Source: Podarcis cretensis
Taxonomy: Eukaryota
Length of the DNA: 64,000 nt
Assembly: GCA_951804945.1 (NCBI GenBank)
Contig: OX638152.1
Location: 102,734,001-102,798,000 of the forward strand
Reading direction: 5' to 3'
The position numbers and the translations under genes were made by a program. Of this stretch, positions 23,309 through 37,168 are shown in pieces. The notes beneath the pieces were generated by a model. The model saw only the letters and a program-made list of their open reading frames with translations. It was not told the origin of the DNA and searched no databases. Each line of letters begins with the position of its first letter. Within the stretch, counting starts at the first letter, position 1.

Positions 23309-24457
23309 TACTTGGCAAATGGATAGCTTTTATCCTAAAATAATCTTTACTGATGGTGATTAAGTTTTAGAATGTCTTGCAACATTGTTTTCCTCCTTCC
23401 TCTGTAGCTGTCTGTGTGAAAATAAGATTGCCATTCTACACAATTTTGTCTTCAACAGATTTCAGTGTTGATTTGTCTGCCAGATGGCATCATCTTTTGT
23501 TTTATGACACAAACAAATGCAATTGCATTTGTATTTGTATTAAATTTTAATCATTTGCTTCACTGCATAGAATAATTTGCTCATTTTTTTCTTTTATTTA
23601 ATCTTTGTAAGGTACAAATCTACAAATCACCTTATATTTAGCATAGCCATACTGTAATACTTAACATTAATAAAACAGATATGTCACAGCAAGCAAGCTG
23701 CTAATTTTGCTCCTTGGTTGTTGTTTTTTAAAAACTAACATTGTATATGTGATTTTGTTTGATGTATATAACACAACTAACCTCAATTAACATTTCTAAA
23801 CCTAATGTCTGCTATCAGAAATAGCTGCTATGTTACTAATTTAGGGTTTGAAAAATGCATGGGTTGTGGGCGGGGCCAATAGGTGAGGACGTGGAACCTG
23901 GTTAATGGGGGCGTTTTAAAAAACCCATGTGAAAATTCCTAGCTTATTCAACAAAATACCTCATGATGAACTAGAACAAAACTTACTGAACAGGCAGGTA
24001 AAATCCAGGTAACATAATATGAAGAAATATATAGACTGTTTCATAAGCTATTACAGGCAGCAAGGCAAAAAGTGGAGCTAGTGGATACATTAGGGATTTG
24101 CATCATCTATGCATCTCAAAACCATGAGGCAAGTTGGGGTGCTATGGGAGCAAACTCTCATGTTGCCAAGTCACATAACACCATTTACTGAGTTTTGACT
24201 GTGAGATCAGGGCATAAGTAGCAGATTTAGAGTATTGGGGTGGCCTGCTTCTTTTCCCAATTATTCTTTTTCCTAACAAACAAAAACCATAGCTCTGCTT
24301 CTTTTTTCTTCACAGGGGGTACTTCCAAGAATGTGGGGGCATGGGAGAACAGAGAGGAAAAATAGTGACGTTTGTTTGTGAAATCACCTAGCGCGATAGC
24401 CTGGATCTGTTAGTTTATTTGTTAATGGAATGGGGGGAAATGCATAGAGAAAACTTA

Positions 24458-24516
24458 GAATCATAGAGTTGGAAGAGACCACAAGGGCCATCGAGTCCAA
24501 CCCCCTGCCAAGCAGG
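24458..24516 (-). mobile_element. Minimal CR1 3'-end insertion
   Basis: Identical to the CR1 end at about 13958-14020. TSD AAACTTA at 24451-24457 and 24517-24523. Confidence 0.85.
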
Positions 24517-24524
24517 AAACTTAT

Positions 24525-24870
24525 CCCTCTCTCAGAACACTATGGACACCTATTGAAGTTGCATGTGGTAAGAAAGTATTTCTTCACACAACATACAGTC
24601 CCACTGTGGAGGCAGTGATGGCAACCAACCTAGAAGGCTTTAAAAGACAAATTCATGGAGGACTATTGATGATCCTCTCGCAACTAGGAGAATCGATGCT
24701 TCTCAACACTAATTACTGGAAACCATGGGTGTGGGGAAGTGATCAGGAGGACGTTGTGATCAGATTCTGCTCACTGGTTTCCCATAAGCATTTGGTTGAC
24801 AACTGTGAAAACAGGATGCTAGACTAGATGGGTCACTGGCCTGATCCCAAAGGCCCCTCTTATGTTCTAA
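24525..24870 (+). mobile_element. Old CR1 LINE 3' region
   Basis: TATTTCTTCACACAAC..GTGATGGCAACCAAC..GGCTTTAAAAG..GACTAGATGG..CTTATGTTCT. Related to 51150-51865. Confidence 0.7.
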
Positions 24871-25917
24871 GGAAGAGAAGTATGCCTGTACCAAACTTTC
24901 AATAAGAAGAGTAGCTTCAGAACTTTTAGTGTTAGAAACATTTTGGCAAAATCCATACATTACCCAGAAATGACAGCATTGTTCTGATGACTTATTACAG
25001 TAACGATTAATTCACAACTTACAACATATCTAGGAAACATCCTGCTTTTTAAGTTTCCAACTTTCTTGCTGTGCTTCATGAACTCTAAATCCTTTAAAAA
25101 AAAAAAAAAAGATTTGTGGAATCCTCCTTTTCCCATCATCTTCTGTTAGAAAGTAATCTAGAGCCAACATGCTACAAAATGCATTACCTGAAATAGCTGA
25201 GTCCATTCTGGGAGTCCCTCCTCCCTCACCTCTTCAATTTGCTCTAGAGTGTTAAATAGCAATCTACAGGTTCGTCTTCCCTATTCCCTAATTCCCATTT
25301 TCCACGCATAGGAGTTAATGGGGTTATAATTTTGTAATTAAAGTAGATAATTTTAATTTCTCTGATGACTCCTTATTATGATAATCTTGTTAAGATTATG
25401 GCGTTCGTTTGTTGCTGTCTATGATCATTTGGCTTTTGTGGAGGTTCTGTGTGCTACTGAGCCACTATATAATTAAACTGAGAATGCTCCAGCCAGCAAA
25501 CATCTTGCTGCTAATGGAAGACCAAAGGAAGATTTAACTCTGTGTAAACCTATTAAGTGATTCAGACACAGAAAATATTGTCAGCTGTCCACATTTTGAA
25601 AATAGTATCCATTAATAAAGTATCCAATTTCACGTTTAATAAAAAAAAAAAATCCTCCCTGATTAAGTATTAGAGCAGGCATCCTTGAGAAAATGTGCCA
25701 TAAAAATGTGATGATTTAAAACTAATTATTTCAAATACTGCGGTGAGTTTCATAACAAGTTCCAAATGTTACCATAGGACAATGTAAGCTATTGACTCAT
25801 GAAGCGCAAAGGTCTGTGACTTTGTGGACTAATTCATACCTGACATTCTTTTGTTCTTCATCATCACATATCTACAAATCCTGGGCTGTTAGAGCAACTG
25901 AAGGTTCCCAAGATATA

Positions 25918-26211
25918 CAGTGGTGCCCCGCAAGACGAATGCCTCACAAGACGAAAAACCCGCTAGACGAAAGGGTTTTCCGTTTTTCGAGGCGCTTCGC
26001 AAGACGAATTTCCTTATGGGCTTGCTTCGCAAGACGAAAACGTCTTGCGAGCCTTGCGATTTTTTTCGTTCCCCCCCCCCCTTTTCTAAGCCGCTAAGCC
26101 GCTAATAGCGCTAATCTGCTAAGCCGCTAATAGGGTTGCTTCGCAAGACGAAAAACCGCTAGACGAAGAGACTCGCGGAACAGATTCTTTTCGTCTTGCG
26201 AGGCACCACTG
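25918..26211. mobile_element. Young Tc1/mariner-type MITE
   Basis: TA|CAGTGGTGCCCCGCAAGACGAA...TTCGTCTTGCGAGGCACCACTG|TA. CpG-rich, with repeated GCAAGACGAA motifs. Confidence 0.92.
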
Positions 26212-27563
26212 TATTGCTCCAATTAGAGACATATTGAGCATTCCTGATATTCTCCAATAATGGTCCCCTTGGTCTGAACATATAAAAGCTCCAGAATATG
26301 AGGGAAGAGGGTCAGTCTCATTGTCATCCTAGGACCGGGCATGGCAGTACCTTCTCAAGAAGCCCATTGGTTCCTTCTGGCTTGTCCTAGCAGTAGACAC
26401 TTTGAAGTGAGAAAGGAGCCAGATTCTGACCTTACTGGAGGAGGATACCTAATCTCATCCCAAGTACTGTTATGTGTTCATTTCTCTCTGCATCTTTGAT
26501 TGCATGCTGAACTTTTTTTAGAGCTGAACCTTGGTCTGTCTTCATAGATCCACCCTCCATAACTTTTATCTTCTTGGCCATGCCCAAGTGCGATAGAATC
26601 TTGGGAATTAGCCTTTTTATGTCAGTAAATGTGACGTGTGTTGTGTGTTGTGAATTGAGCAGATGGTTCACACAATCCAGTGCACACTTTTATAGAGATC
26701 TATCCAACACAAAGCAATGAGGCTGGCCATTGATTCAATAACCAGGTGGTGAAATGGGATGAAAATAGCACGAAATAGTGACAAGAATCATCATTGGAAC
26801 AACCTTCATATAATTACTTTCTGCAATGTCCCACTGAAATTAATGATAATTGAACATGAGAAGTTTCTATCATTACATCCTTGGGATTCCTAATGAGATA
26901 AATATTTTTTTTAAAAAAACAACAACCTAAAGGTACAACACTAAGATGGAGTTATTGTGTTATGTTGTATTCTTTTTATAAACCAATTTATACCCTCTCT
27001 GTGTGTGCTAGGATTTGATATAAACCTGTCTTTTATCTTTGCGCTTTTAAATAAGCTCATACTAAAACTGTAGATAACACTGCAGAGAATGAAGTCTAAT
27101 AAATTTGCTTCTTTAGGATAAATGTGGCATTTGATAATGTAATAAATGTCTAATGTGGGAATCAGCAGTAGAATCCCTAGTGTAATTTCACTGCATTGCG
27201 GACAGTAAAATTTCTTGGGGAAAAGCTTACCCCTGTGGACACACAGTAATTGGATATGACTCTCATATATAGACTGAGTACCGAGGAGCATTCCATGGGG
27301 ATTATTGTAATGTCTTTAGAAAGGTAGACAGGTATCATCGTGTAATGTGTGTGTGTTCTACAAAGTAACTTTTTGATTTGCAGCATTAAAGAAGATATCT
27401 GTTTGCTTTTCTTGAAGGAGTTCACCAACAGAATCTGTTTAAAATTTAGTGCAGAAACCTCCACACAATGATTTCTGAATAAGAATGAAACCTTTTAAAA
27501 AAAGAAGACAGAGAAGCATATGAACGGATACCCACTATCACTCTCAGACCGGGTGTCACAATA

Positions 27564-27755
27564 CAGTCATACCTCGGGATGAATACGCTTCAGCTTAAAT
27601 ATTTTCGGGTTGCGCTCCACAGCAACCCGGAAGTAATGGAGCGCGATACTTCCGGATTTCGCCGCTCGCGCATGTGCAGACGCTCAAAATTACATTGCTT
27701 CAGGATGCAAATGGGGCTCCGGAACGGATCCTATTCACATCCAAAGGTACCACTG
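27564..27755. mobile_element. Tc1/mariner (Tigger-like) MITE
   Basis: TA|CAGTCATACCTC...AAGGTACCACTG|TA. Inverted homolog of 6081-6279. Confidence 0.88.
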
Positions 27756-28544
27756 TACAGCATCCTCAGGCCACATAGGTTCCCACAACCCACCTCTGAG
27801 TAGCACCGTATGGCTGAGTCTGGGAACTGGCATTTTAATTGACCCCAATGTCCCCAATGTAGTGTTGATCCAGAGCACTGTGGAAAACTAAAATGGTGAC
27901 TCAGCTGCTGTAGCCAGGGTTCACCAGCAAAGAAGGAGATGCACAAGAAGGCACTTTGTCAAGACACCCTCAAACCTGGAGGCTTCCCTACAGAAAATCC
28001 AGGGTTTTCTTACTTACAAGAGCCATATTTGCCAAGAAATGATAAGCATGAATCCAGATAAGGAGATTTTTATGTGAAACCAGCTTATGGCTTGGCTTTA
28101 TTTACCTTTTGCCTTTGCAAGCTTTGTGTTGGGGAATACCTTAAAGGGGAAGGCAGAGATCATTGCCGCATCATCTCTAGTTGCCTACTTTGATGAGAAA
28201 ATTGAGGCCAGCTTCAGCTCCTTCCCTAGCCTCCATCTTCTGTCCTTAAAGCCCATTCTATGTGACACTCCATTTACTCCTTCCCATTTGTACACTTTTG
28301 AACATGCACCATAAACTCCTCCTGTTCCTGTACCTTATCCTCCATTTTCTTGTATAAAAAATAACAAGGCAAGGAAGGATTCTCTGAGTTCTTTGTGTTG
28401 CTATTCACTGGTAAGATTTCATGGCTACTATTGCAAACTGAACATACAAGATTAAAATGCTGCCACATTGTACCTGCTTATTGCTTTGTGTGCCAAGGAC
28501 CCATGACCCAATCACTGCCAATGTAATGAAATAACTAGACGAGA

Positions 28545-28975
28545 CAGCAGTATAAAAAATTTTGGGTTCAAAGAGGTCACAGATGTGAAAGGTTTGGCAA
28601 AGCCATTTAATTAACTCCAGCCCATCTTCTGGGAGCCTATCTAAGGGTAAACCACAACTTGGGGAGGGGCCTATGACCTACATCAAATAGGGATATCTCC
28701 AAGGACACCTGCTGGAGGAGTTCTATGGTCCTAGCCCCCATCTGGGCATTGGACAGAAGCAACTCCTCAGGGATCCTTTCAATAGGATACTCTTAACCAA
28801 AGAGGGACAGGTGGAAGCTACAACCTCCCCTCCAGTCCAGACTAAGGTTTACCCAATGCCTAACCTTACAAAGTTGTGATGATTGCTATAAGGTAGGTGA
28901 ACACCAAGTGGCCACTGCCAATTAGCCAAGTGGAAAAATTCCTGCCTGGCCTCAAATACGGCAGCAGACAATGTC
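28545..28975 (-). repeat. Unclassified interspersed repeat, related to 18930-19410
   Basis: Collinear shared blocks on the opposite strand. Confidence 0.45.
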
Positions 28976-28992
28976 CATAGCAACATCTAGCA

Positions 28993-29111
28993 CAGGCATA
29001 GGCAAACTCCAGATGTTTTGGGACTACAACTCCCATCACCCTGACAACTGGTCCTGTTAGCTAGGGATGATGGGAGTTGTAGTCCCAAAACATCTGGAGG
29101 GCCTATGCCTG
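28993..29111. mobile_element. Palindromic hAT (Charlie-like) MITE
   Basis: CAGGCATAGGC / GCCTATGCCTG TIRs and an internal GGACTACAACTCCCATCA palindrome. Perfect 8-bp TSD ATCTAGCA at 28985-28992 and 29112-29119. Confidence 0.93.
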
Positions 29112-30159
29112 ATCTAGCATGAAAGAAGATCATATGAAAATGGGGGTGGGGGAGCCAACAGGAAAAGAACCTGAATAAATAAATAAATAAATAAATAATA
29201 AAAACAATCTAGAGTTCTTCTTCAGCTCTCTCCAGGGAATATGTTGCACAGCCTCACATCTTGCAAAGCCCATAATCCCAGCGAAACAGAAATATAGAAA
29301 CAGACATCTGTAATGGACAGGAAAAATAGAGAAATGTGAAGCTTTGTAGGGGCCCTGATCCAAATTGTGGGAAGATTTATAGATATACTTCTGCTCAGTG
29401 TGGAGGAGACATTTGAATATCTATCTCCAATTGTCCTCATTATCTGGTTCCTGCACAGAGCTGATTAACAGCCCTTATACATACAAATAATAATTTGTGA
29501 TACGGTTTCTCAGTTAGTCTAACATATCTTGTGTTCTCCAGAATTGTTATTTTATCTAAAATATCACTAATAGAAAAAAACAGGATCAGATACAAGTATT
29601 TTCTTGTTAACTTTTCTGAAATGCATCTGGAAACACTTCATTGTCCTTAAGACAGTTTGAAGTGGCTCATATGAATCTAACAATTACAAGGACCAATAAA
29701 CCAGCAGCTACTTGCATAGCAAATGAGCCTTATTGTAAGTGATTAGCATTATTAATATTGTATAGTGATTTTAATGTGTGCAAAGGGTTACGGTATATTT
29801 TCTTAACGTACTCTATTCTTTTTTACACACCCTATCCCCTGTCCCCAATTTAGTGGCCAAGTTCCATCAAAGCTGGTTGTGTAGGATATTTCTTATAGCT
29901 TACTCTTACAGCCCTGGAAATCTCTCATAGAGGTAGTTAACCAGCTCCCAGGTTGTGCATGCTGGATGTGGGGATTCACATGACTGAATACTCCTTCATA
30001 CAAAAAGAAAACCCCTACCCTGCATATAGTCATCTAGGATGTGATGGGAAAGGCTAGACTAGACCTTTTTCACAACATGGTGTGCTACAGTATAAGTTTT
30101 TGTGCTCTAAATTGACTATTTTTCAGTGTGCATCAAAACACAATGCAAAAACTCTAAGT

Positions 30160-31041
30160 TCTACCTCTCTTTCAAATCAGAACCAGTGAGGGCGGTGAAG
30201 GTCCTGTGAGAGTGCCTGGAGGCAGTTGGAGGATGGATGGCGGCTAATGGATTGAGGTTGAATCCTGACAAGACAGAAGTACTGTTTTGGGGGGACAGGA
30301 GGCAGGCAGGTGTGGAGGACTCCCTGGTCCTGAATGGGGTAACTGTGCCCCTGAAGGACCAAGTGTGCAGCCTGGGAGTCATTCTGGACTCACAGCTGTC
30401 CATGGAGGCACAGGTCAATTCTGTATCCAGGGCAGCTGTCTACCAACTCCACCTGGTACGCAGGCTGAGACCCTATCTGCCTGCGGACTGTCTCGCCAGA
30501 GTGGTGCATGCTCTAGCTATCTCCAGCTTGGACTACTGCAATGCGCTCTACGTGGGGCTACCTTTGAAGGTGACCCAGAAACTACAACTAATCCAGAATG
30601 CAGCAGCTAGACTAGTGACTAGGAGCGGCCGCTGAGACCATATAACAACGGTCTTGAAAGACCTACAATGGCTCCCAGTACGTTTCCGAGCACAATTCAA
30701 AGTGTTGGTGTTGACCTTTAAAGCCCTAAATGGCCTTGGCCCAGTATACCTGAAAGAGCGCCTCCACCCCCATCATTCTGCCCGGATGCTGAGGTCCAGT
30801 GCTGAGGGCCTTCTAGCGGTTCCCTCATTGCAAGAAGCAAAGCTACAGGGAACCAGGCAGAGGGCCTTCTCGGTAGTGGCACCCGCCCTGTGAAACGCCC
30901 TCCCATCAGATGTCAAAGCAATAAACAACTACGTGACATTCAGAAGACATCTTAAGGAAAGTTTTTAATGTGTGATATTTTAGTGTATTTTTGGTGTCTG
31001 TGGAAGCCGCCCAGAGTGGCTGGGGAAACAAATAAATTTTA

Positions 31042-31093
<52 letters not shown>

Positions 31094-31094
31094 T
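30160..31094 (+). mobile_element. Relatively young L2 LINE, 5'-truncated
   Basis: ORFs 30237-30635 and 30654-30893 (WMAANGLRLNPDKTEVL, LDYCNALYVGLP, LQWLPVRFRAQFKVLVL). Ends in an (ATT)n tail. Confidence 0.95.
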
Positions 31095-31264
31095 ATATGC
31101 AGGGTAAAACACACACACCAACCCCCTCTATGTCTTGCTTTGCTGCCCTATTTGCAGGCAGCAAAACAGAAGAGATTGGGGCCTGTATTTAGGGTACTGA
31201 AAGTGTTCAGGACAGGCAAATTCATTTTTTCCTCCCCAAATCCAGAGAGTTCTTCTGATTAAGC

Positions 31265-31905
31265 AACCTGGCAGCCCCTAACTGGTTTCAGCCCACATCC
31301 CATCAATGGATTATTTGCCTCAATGTACATTATTTTGTGTTTAATGAAAAGTGATTCACATTTCCTTAAAACAAAAAACAAAAAAACCAACCCTTCATAT
31401 ATCTGAGAGAGATCCTTTTGGAGCTCTTCACAATCTTCTTGGTTTTTTTTTAACCTTTCAGAACCAGGTAGTGACTTTGCAGATTTCGTTAATCTGTGGT
31501 AGAGATTTTTCCAAACTTGTATTATAGCTTTTAAAATAACCTCCAAGAACCCAGCTGCCTCATTTCCAAAAAGTTAGGATAGTTGAAGTCACCTATTAAT
31601 ACATATTAATACAACTTTTCCTCTTTTGGATACTTCCTTGATTTCATTCTTCATCTCAAGATTGGCCTGGACATTTTGATTAATGGGACGACAGCACACG
31701 GACTCTGTGGAGTTTGTCCCTTTTGAGATTTCTAGCCTGCTGGATTCAGTGCCCTCTTTGACTTGCAGAATGTCACTGTCTTCAGTACACCCTTCTGTGT
31801 CCTTTCCACCGGTTTTCTCTATTCCACCAGGTTTCCATTATGCTCACTATATCAATGCCAAACAGTCCAGTTCATTCATCTTGGCTTGGAGGCTTCTAGC
31901 ATTAG
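31265..31905 (-). mobile_element. Old, internally deleted CR1 LINE (endonuclease and RT fragments)
   Basis: Minus strand reads ANARSLQAKMNELDCL..IDIVSIMETWW (APE endonuclease N-terminus) and QEDCEELQKDL (RT). Confidence 0.7.
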
Positions 31906-32562
31906 CTTCGCATACTGTTTTTCTCTTCAACTGCCTTTGGCAATTACTTGCTTTGGCCTCTCTGAGGGCTCATCCACACTAACCTTTGCTCTGCGCTTCC
32001 TAGGTAGAGAACCAGGCTTTCCAGGTCTGTATCAGAGCTTCTTTTTCTTTTCTTTTCTTTTTGTTCCCCCCAGTGTTCTCCCCAGGAAAACCACTGAATC
32101 AGAGTAAATGGCAACCTGCAGAAAACCTGATTGTCATTTGCTCCAATTCAGCGCTAAAGTGTGTGTTTTCAAAACCCACGCAGGCACAGACCTGGAAAAA
32201 CCCAACTTGCGTCTAGAAATATAGCACAAAAAGAGGCACTTTCAATGCCTAGTTCTACACCTCCTCCATTTAAATTTCCATCTTCATGGGGGGAGATTTG
32301 TTCTTTTTTTATTATTATTTCTTTTTATTGAGTTTCTTTTACAACATACACACAAAAAAACATAAATTAAAAAAGAAATACAGCTACACATAATACAAAA
32401 AAGAAGATAAAAAAAAGAAAAAAAGACTAATGTACATAACAGATTTAGGTACATAATTTAAATACACAAACTGACTTCCTTCCCTGCTGATTACGGGTTT
32501 CTTAGTTTGAAAACTTCATTTTCTAGAGCTGGTATTGATTACTGGTTTATACATCGTAAGAT

Positions 32563-35500
32563 TTATAACAGACCTGCTATAGTTGGTAAGTTTCTATAAT
32601 TTCCCTCAATATAGACCATAAATTTATTCCAATCACCAATTAACTTTGTATTTTTTTGATTTCTAATTTTTTGCGTCATTTTTGCCAATTCGACAAATTC
32701 AAATAATTTTGTTTGCCAATCCCTCACTGTTGGTATATTTGTGCTTTTCCAATTTTTTGCAATTAATATTCTGGCCGCTGCTGTCGAATATTGAAACAGA
32801 GTTTTGTCTTCTTTCCTTATTTCTTCTCCAATAATACCTAGTAAAAAGGCCTCTGGTTTTTTAGGGAATGTGTACTTAAATATTTTTTTTAATTCGTTGT
32901 AGATCAAATTCCAGAATTTCTTGACCTCCTCGCATGTCCACCACATATGTATGAAATTACCTTCTTTTATTTTGCATTTCCAGCAGGCCTTATTTCCGGT
33001 CTTGTACATCTTGCTTAATTTTACTGGTGTTATATACCACCTATATATCATCTTCTCTAGGTTTTCTCTAATTACAACACTTGCCGTGAATTTTATTCCG
33101 TCATTCCATAATTTTGACCATTTTTCATATTCTATGTTATGTCCCAGATCCATCGCCCATTTTATCATGGCCTCCTTAATTTCTTCATCTTTTGTATCCC
33201 ATTCTAGTAATATATCGTACATTTTAGATAGTAACTTGGTTTTGCTTTCAATTATTTCAATCTGGAATTTGGATTTCTTTTCATTCATTCCTACTTTTTT
33301 ATCTTCTGTCCATATTGCATTTATTTGATGGTACTGTAACCAGCCTGTTAATTTTCCTTTCAGATCTTCGTATGGTCTTAATTTCCAGCTGCCTTCAGAT
33401 CTTATCAATAGGTCTTCATATGTCAGTCTTTGCTCTTCCATGTTTACTTTTTTGATTATTAGGATATCTGTTGGGGACAGCCACCAAGGTGTTTTCCATT
33501 CCAAAAGTTTTTTATTTTTCCCCCAAGCTTCATACAGTGGTCCTCTAATAATATGACTTGAAAACCCTTTGTGAACCTTCTCTTTATTTGACCACAAATA
33601 GGCATGCCAGCCGAACCTATTGTTAGACCCTTCTAAATCTAATAAATCAGTGTTTTCTAGGGTTATCCAGTCTTTAACCCAACATAGGCAAGCAGCCTCG
33701 TAATATAATTTTAGGTTCGGAACTGAAAAGCCCCCTCTCTCCTTTCGGTCTGTAAGTAATTTAAATCTGATCCTCGGCCTTCTCCCCTGCCATCTGAATT
33801 TCGAAAGGGTTTTCTGCCAATCTTTAAATATTTTAGGACCTCTGATCACTGGAATATTCTGGAACAGGAACAACATTCTTGGGAGTACATTCATTTTTAT
33901 TGCCTCCATCCTGCCCATCCACGAGAGTTTGACTCTGTTCCAAGTATCTAGGTCTTTTTTAATTTCCTTCCATGTTGTAGAATAATTATCTTGGATTAAA
34001 TTTATATTTTTTGGTGTGAGCCATATACCCAAATATTTAATTTTTTTAGCCACCTTGATTCCGTATTGTCTCTCTAATTTTTCTCTTTCGGCTTTTCCCA
34101 GATTCTTAGTCATCATTTTTTCTTTGATTTGTTCAATTTAAAACCGGATAGCTTGCCGTATTCCTCTAATACCTCCAGCGCTTTGCTAATACTTTCTTGC
34201 GGCCCTTCCAAGGATAGCATCAGGTCGTCTGCGTAAGCTTTTAGTTTATATTCCTTTATTCCTACTTTAATTCCTTGGATCTCTGGTATTGTTCTTATTT
34301 TGTTCACTAACACTTCTAATACCATAATAAATAAAAGCGGGGAGAGAGGGCATCCCTGTCTTGTTCCTTTTTCGATTTTAAATGAATTTGTAAGGTTATT
34401 ATTTATAATCAATTTAGCCGATTGGTTTGAATATATTGCCTCTATTCCTTTCATAAATTCGCCCTCAATCCCTGCTTTCTCCATAGATTTTACTAGGAAC
34501 AACCAAGAAACGTTATCAAACGCTTTTTCCGCATCTATGAAAATCAGCGCCGCCGGTATTTCGTTATTGGTTTCCAAGTATTCAATTATATTTATAATAT
34601 GTCTTACATTATCTTTCAAAAACCTATTTGGGAGGAATCCTGCTTGGTCTTTGTGGATTAAATTTACTAAACAATTTTTCAATCTGTTCGCCATGATATC
34701 TGCGAAGATTTTATAATCATTATTTAATAAGGATAGGTAAAGGTAAAGATACCCCTGCCCATACGGGCCAGTCTTGACAGACTCTGGGGTTGTGCGCCCA
34801 TCTCACTTAAGAGGCCAGGGGCCAGCGCTGTCCGGAGACACTTCCGGGTCACGTGGCCAGCGTGACATCGCTGCTCTGGCCAGAGCCAGAGCCAGAGCCG
34901 CACACGGAAACGCCGTTTACCTTCCCGCTGGTAAGCGGTCCCTATTTATCTACTTGCACCCGGAGGTGCTTTCGAACTGCTAGGTTGGCAGGTGCTGGGA
35001 CCGAGCAGCGGGAGCGCACCCCGCCGCAGGGATTCGAACCGCCGACCTTTCGATCGGCAAGCCCTAGGCGCTGAGGCTTTAACCCACAGCGCCACCTGCG
35101 TCCCATTTAATAAGGATATCGGCCTATAATTCTTGATATTCAGTTTGTCCGTATCCGGTTTAGGGATTAACGTAATATGAGCTTCTCTCCAGGACTCTGG
35201 TATTCTTCCTCCTCCTAAGATGTTATTCATAGTATCACGAAGCGCTGGTATCAGTTGATTTTCTAAAACTTTGTAGTATTTGGCAGATAGACCATCTGGT
35301 CCTGGGGCCTTTCCCAATTTCATTTTTTTTATCGCATTCTGGATTTCTTCTATTTTTATAGGTTTATTTAACTGAATTCTTTCTTCTTCTGTTATGGTCT
35401 TCCCTCTGCAGTCCTCTAGATATTTTTCTATTTGGGTTGGATCTTCCTCTTCTTTCTTATATAACTTCTCATAAAATTTGAGAAAGGTTTTTTGTATTCT

Positions 35501-36701
35501 TTTTGGGTCTTCTATCACTTCTTCCTCTATCTTTATTTTGTTTATCACATTTTGTTTTTGCCTTCTTCTCAATTGCCAGGCTAGTAGTTTTCCTGTTTTG
35601 TTCGCTGATTCGAAATATTTTTGCTTCATTAACTTAATTTTCCATTCGATTTCTTGGTTTGTTAATAACGAGTATTGTGTTTGTAATATTTTTGTTGTTT
35701 GTATGTTTTGTTCATCTTTCGGGTTTTCTATTAATTTTTTCTCACACTCTCTTAGCTGTCCAAGAATTTCTTCTTTCTTTTGCTGTCTTGTTTTCCTCTT
35801 ATAATTGTTTTGTTGAATGAAGAAACCTCTTAGAACAGCCTTGCTGGCATCCCAAACTATTTCTATGTTTGTTTCTGCATTGAGGTTCAGATCAAAATAT
35901 TCCTTTAGAGTTGTTTTAGCTTTTTCAATAATTTCTTCGCTATCTAATAAGTATTCGTTCAGCCTCCATCTAAAACCCCCCTGTGATACACCTTTTATTT
36001 CCAATGTTATCGGATTGTGGTCAGAGAGGGTTCTCGGTAGGATTTCACATTTTGTAGATCTTAAAGTAAGTTCCCTCGAAATCCAGATTTGGTCTATTCT
36101 GCCCCAGCTTTTGTGTACTTCTGAGAAGAAGGTAAACTGCTTTTCTGTTGGATGCTTATGTCTCCAAATGTCTATTAGGTCCATGTTTTCTTCCAAATCT
36201 TCAAATGCCTTCGGTAGCTTCCCTTGGTTTCGTTTTTTCTTTTCTGTTTGTCTATCGATTTCTGGTGTTGGCACTGCATTGAAGTCTCACAATAGTATCG
36301 TCCTGTTGTTTTCTAATTCTAATAAGATTTGTTCTAATTTCTTGAAAAACTCTAATTTATTTGAGTTTGGGGCATATATGTTTACCACATTTAGTTTTTC
36401 CCCCTGGAAGTTGATTTGCACCCCCAATATCCTTCCTTCCTCCCTCATCTTTGTAGATCAGTTTAGGTTCCCATTTTTCATTGACATATGTTACTACTCC
36501 TCTTTTTTTCTCTACCGTGGAGTTTATAAATTCTACTCCTAATTTCTTATTTATCAGAATGTGTTTATGCTTTTTGATCACGTGAGTCTCTTGTATACAG
36601 ATTACATCCAACTTTTTCTTTTTCAAGACACTTACAATTTTATTCCTTTTGGTTTTTTCATTCATACCATTTACATTCCATGTTAAGATTTTTAGGTTCA
36701 T
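32563..36701 (-). pseudogene. L1 ORF2 (APE endonuclease, reverse transcriptase, Cys-rich domain), disrupted
   Basis: Motifs MNLKILTWNVNG, CIQETH, SDHNP, KAPGPDG, NYRPISLLN, DAEKAFD, GTRQGCPLSPLLF, YADD and CWKC..HMWWTC. Broken by frameshifts (about 36400 and 34115), a stop at the GDFN motif and a SINE. Confidence 0.95.
34736..35104 (-). mobile_element. Young Sauria SINE nested in L1 ORF2
   Basis: Full length. 14-bp TSD ATTTAATAAGGATA at 34722-34735 and 35105-35118. Confidence 0.97.
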
Positions 36702-37168
36702 TGTTACGTTTGTCTACTAATAGACCAGTAAGTTACCAATTTAGATTCGTGTGGTTTTGCTTTCTGCTTCTTCTTCTTCCTCTTCCGCTTCCTCCTCCCC
36801 TACTTGCCCTTCTCCTTCCTTCTCCTCCTCCTCTCCCTCCGCTCCCCCTCCCTCTCCCCACTCGCCTTCTCTTTTATGCCTCCTCTCTCCTCGATATCTC
36901 CGCTTTCCCCTCCATATCTCTCCTCAATCTTCCCAAGATCTTTTTCATATCTACGCAGAAATTTACCCACTTCCTGGCTTTCAGTAATCTTGAATCTTTT
37001 TTCCTTATAGAAAAAGGAAATCCCTTCAGGGAACTCCCATCTATGTTGTATGCCGTTCTTTTTCAAAGTATTTACTAACTGTTTGTACCCCTCTCTTTTA
37101 CGCAGGAGCCTGATTGGTATTTCTTTGAAGATAATAATTGGTCTACCTTCAATTATTAGTTTTTTTTG

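Noticed and set aside
25918-26211. Repeated GCAAGACGAA motifs resembling a CRISPR-like array
   Set aside because: Irregular spacing, both orientations, and bounded by TIRs and TA. These are MITE-internal repeats in a vertebrate genome.
32921-36542. Plus-strand ORFs of 108-241 aa
   Set aside because: Antisense shadows of L1 ORF2.
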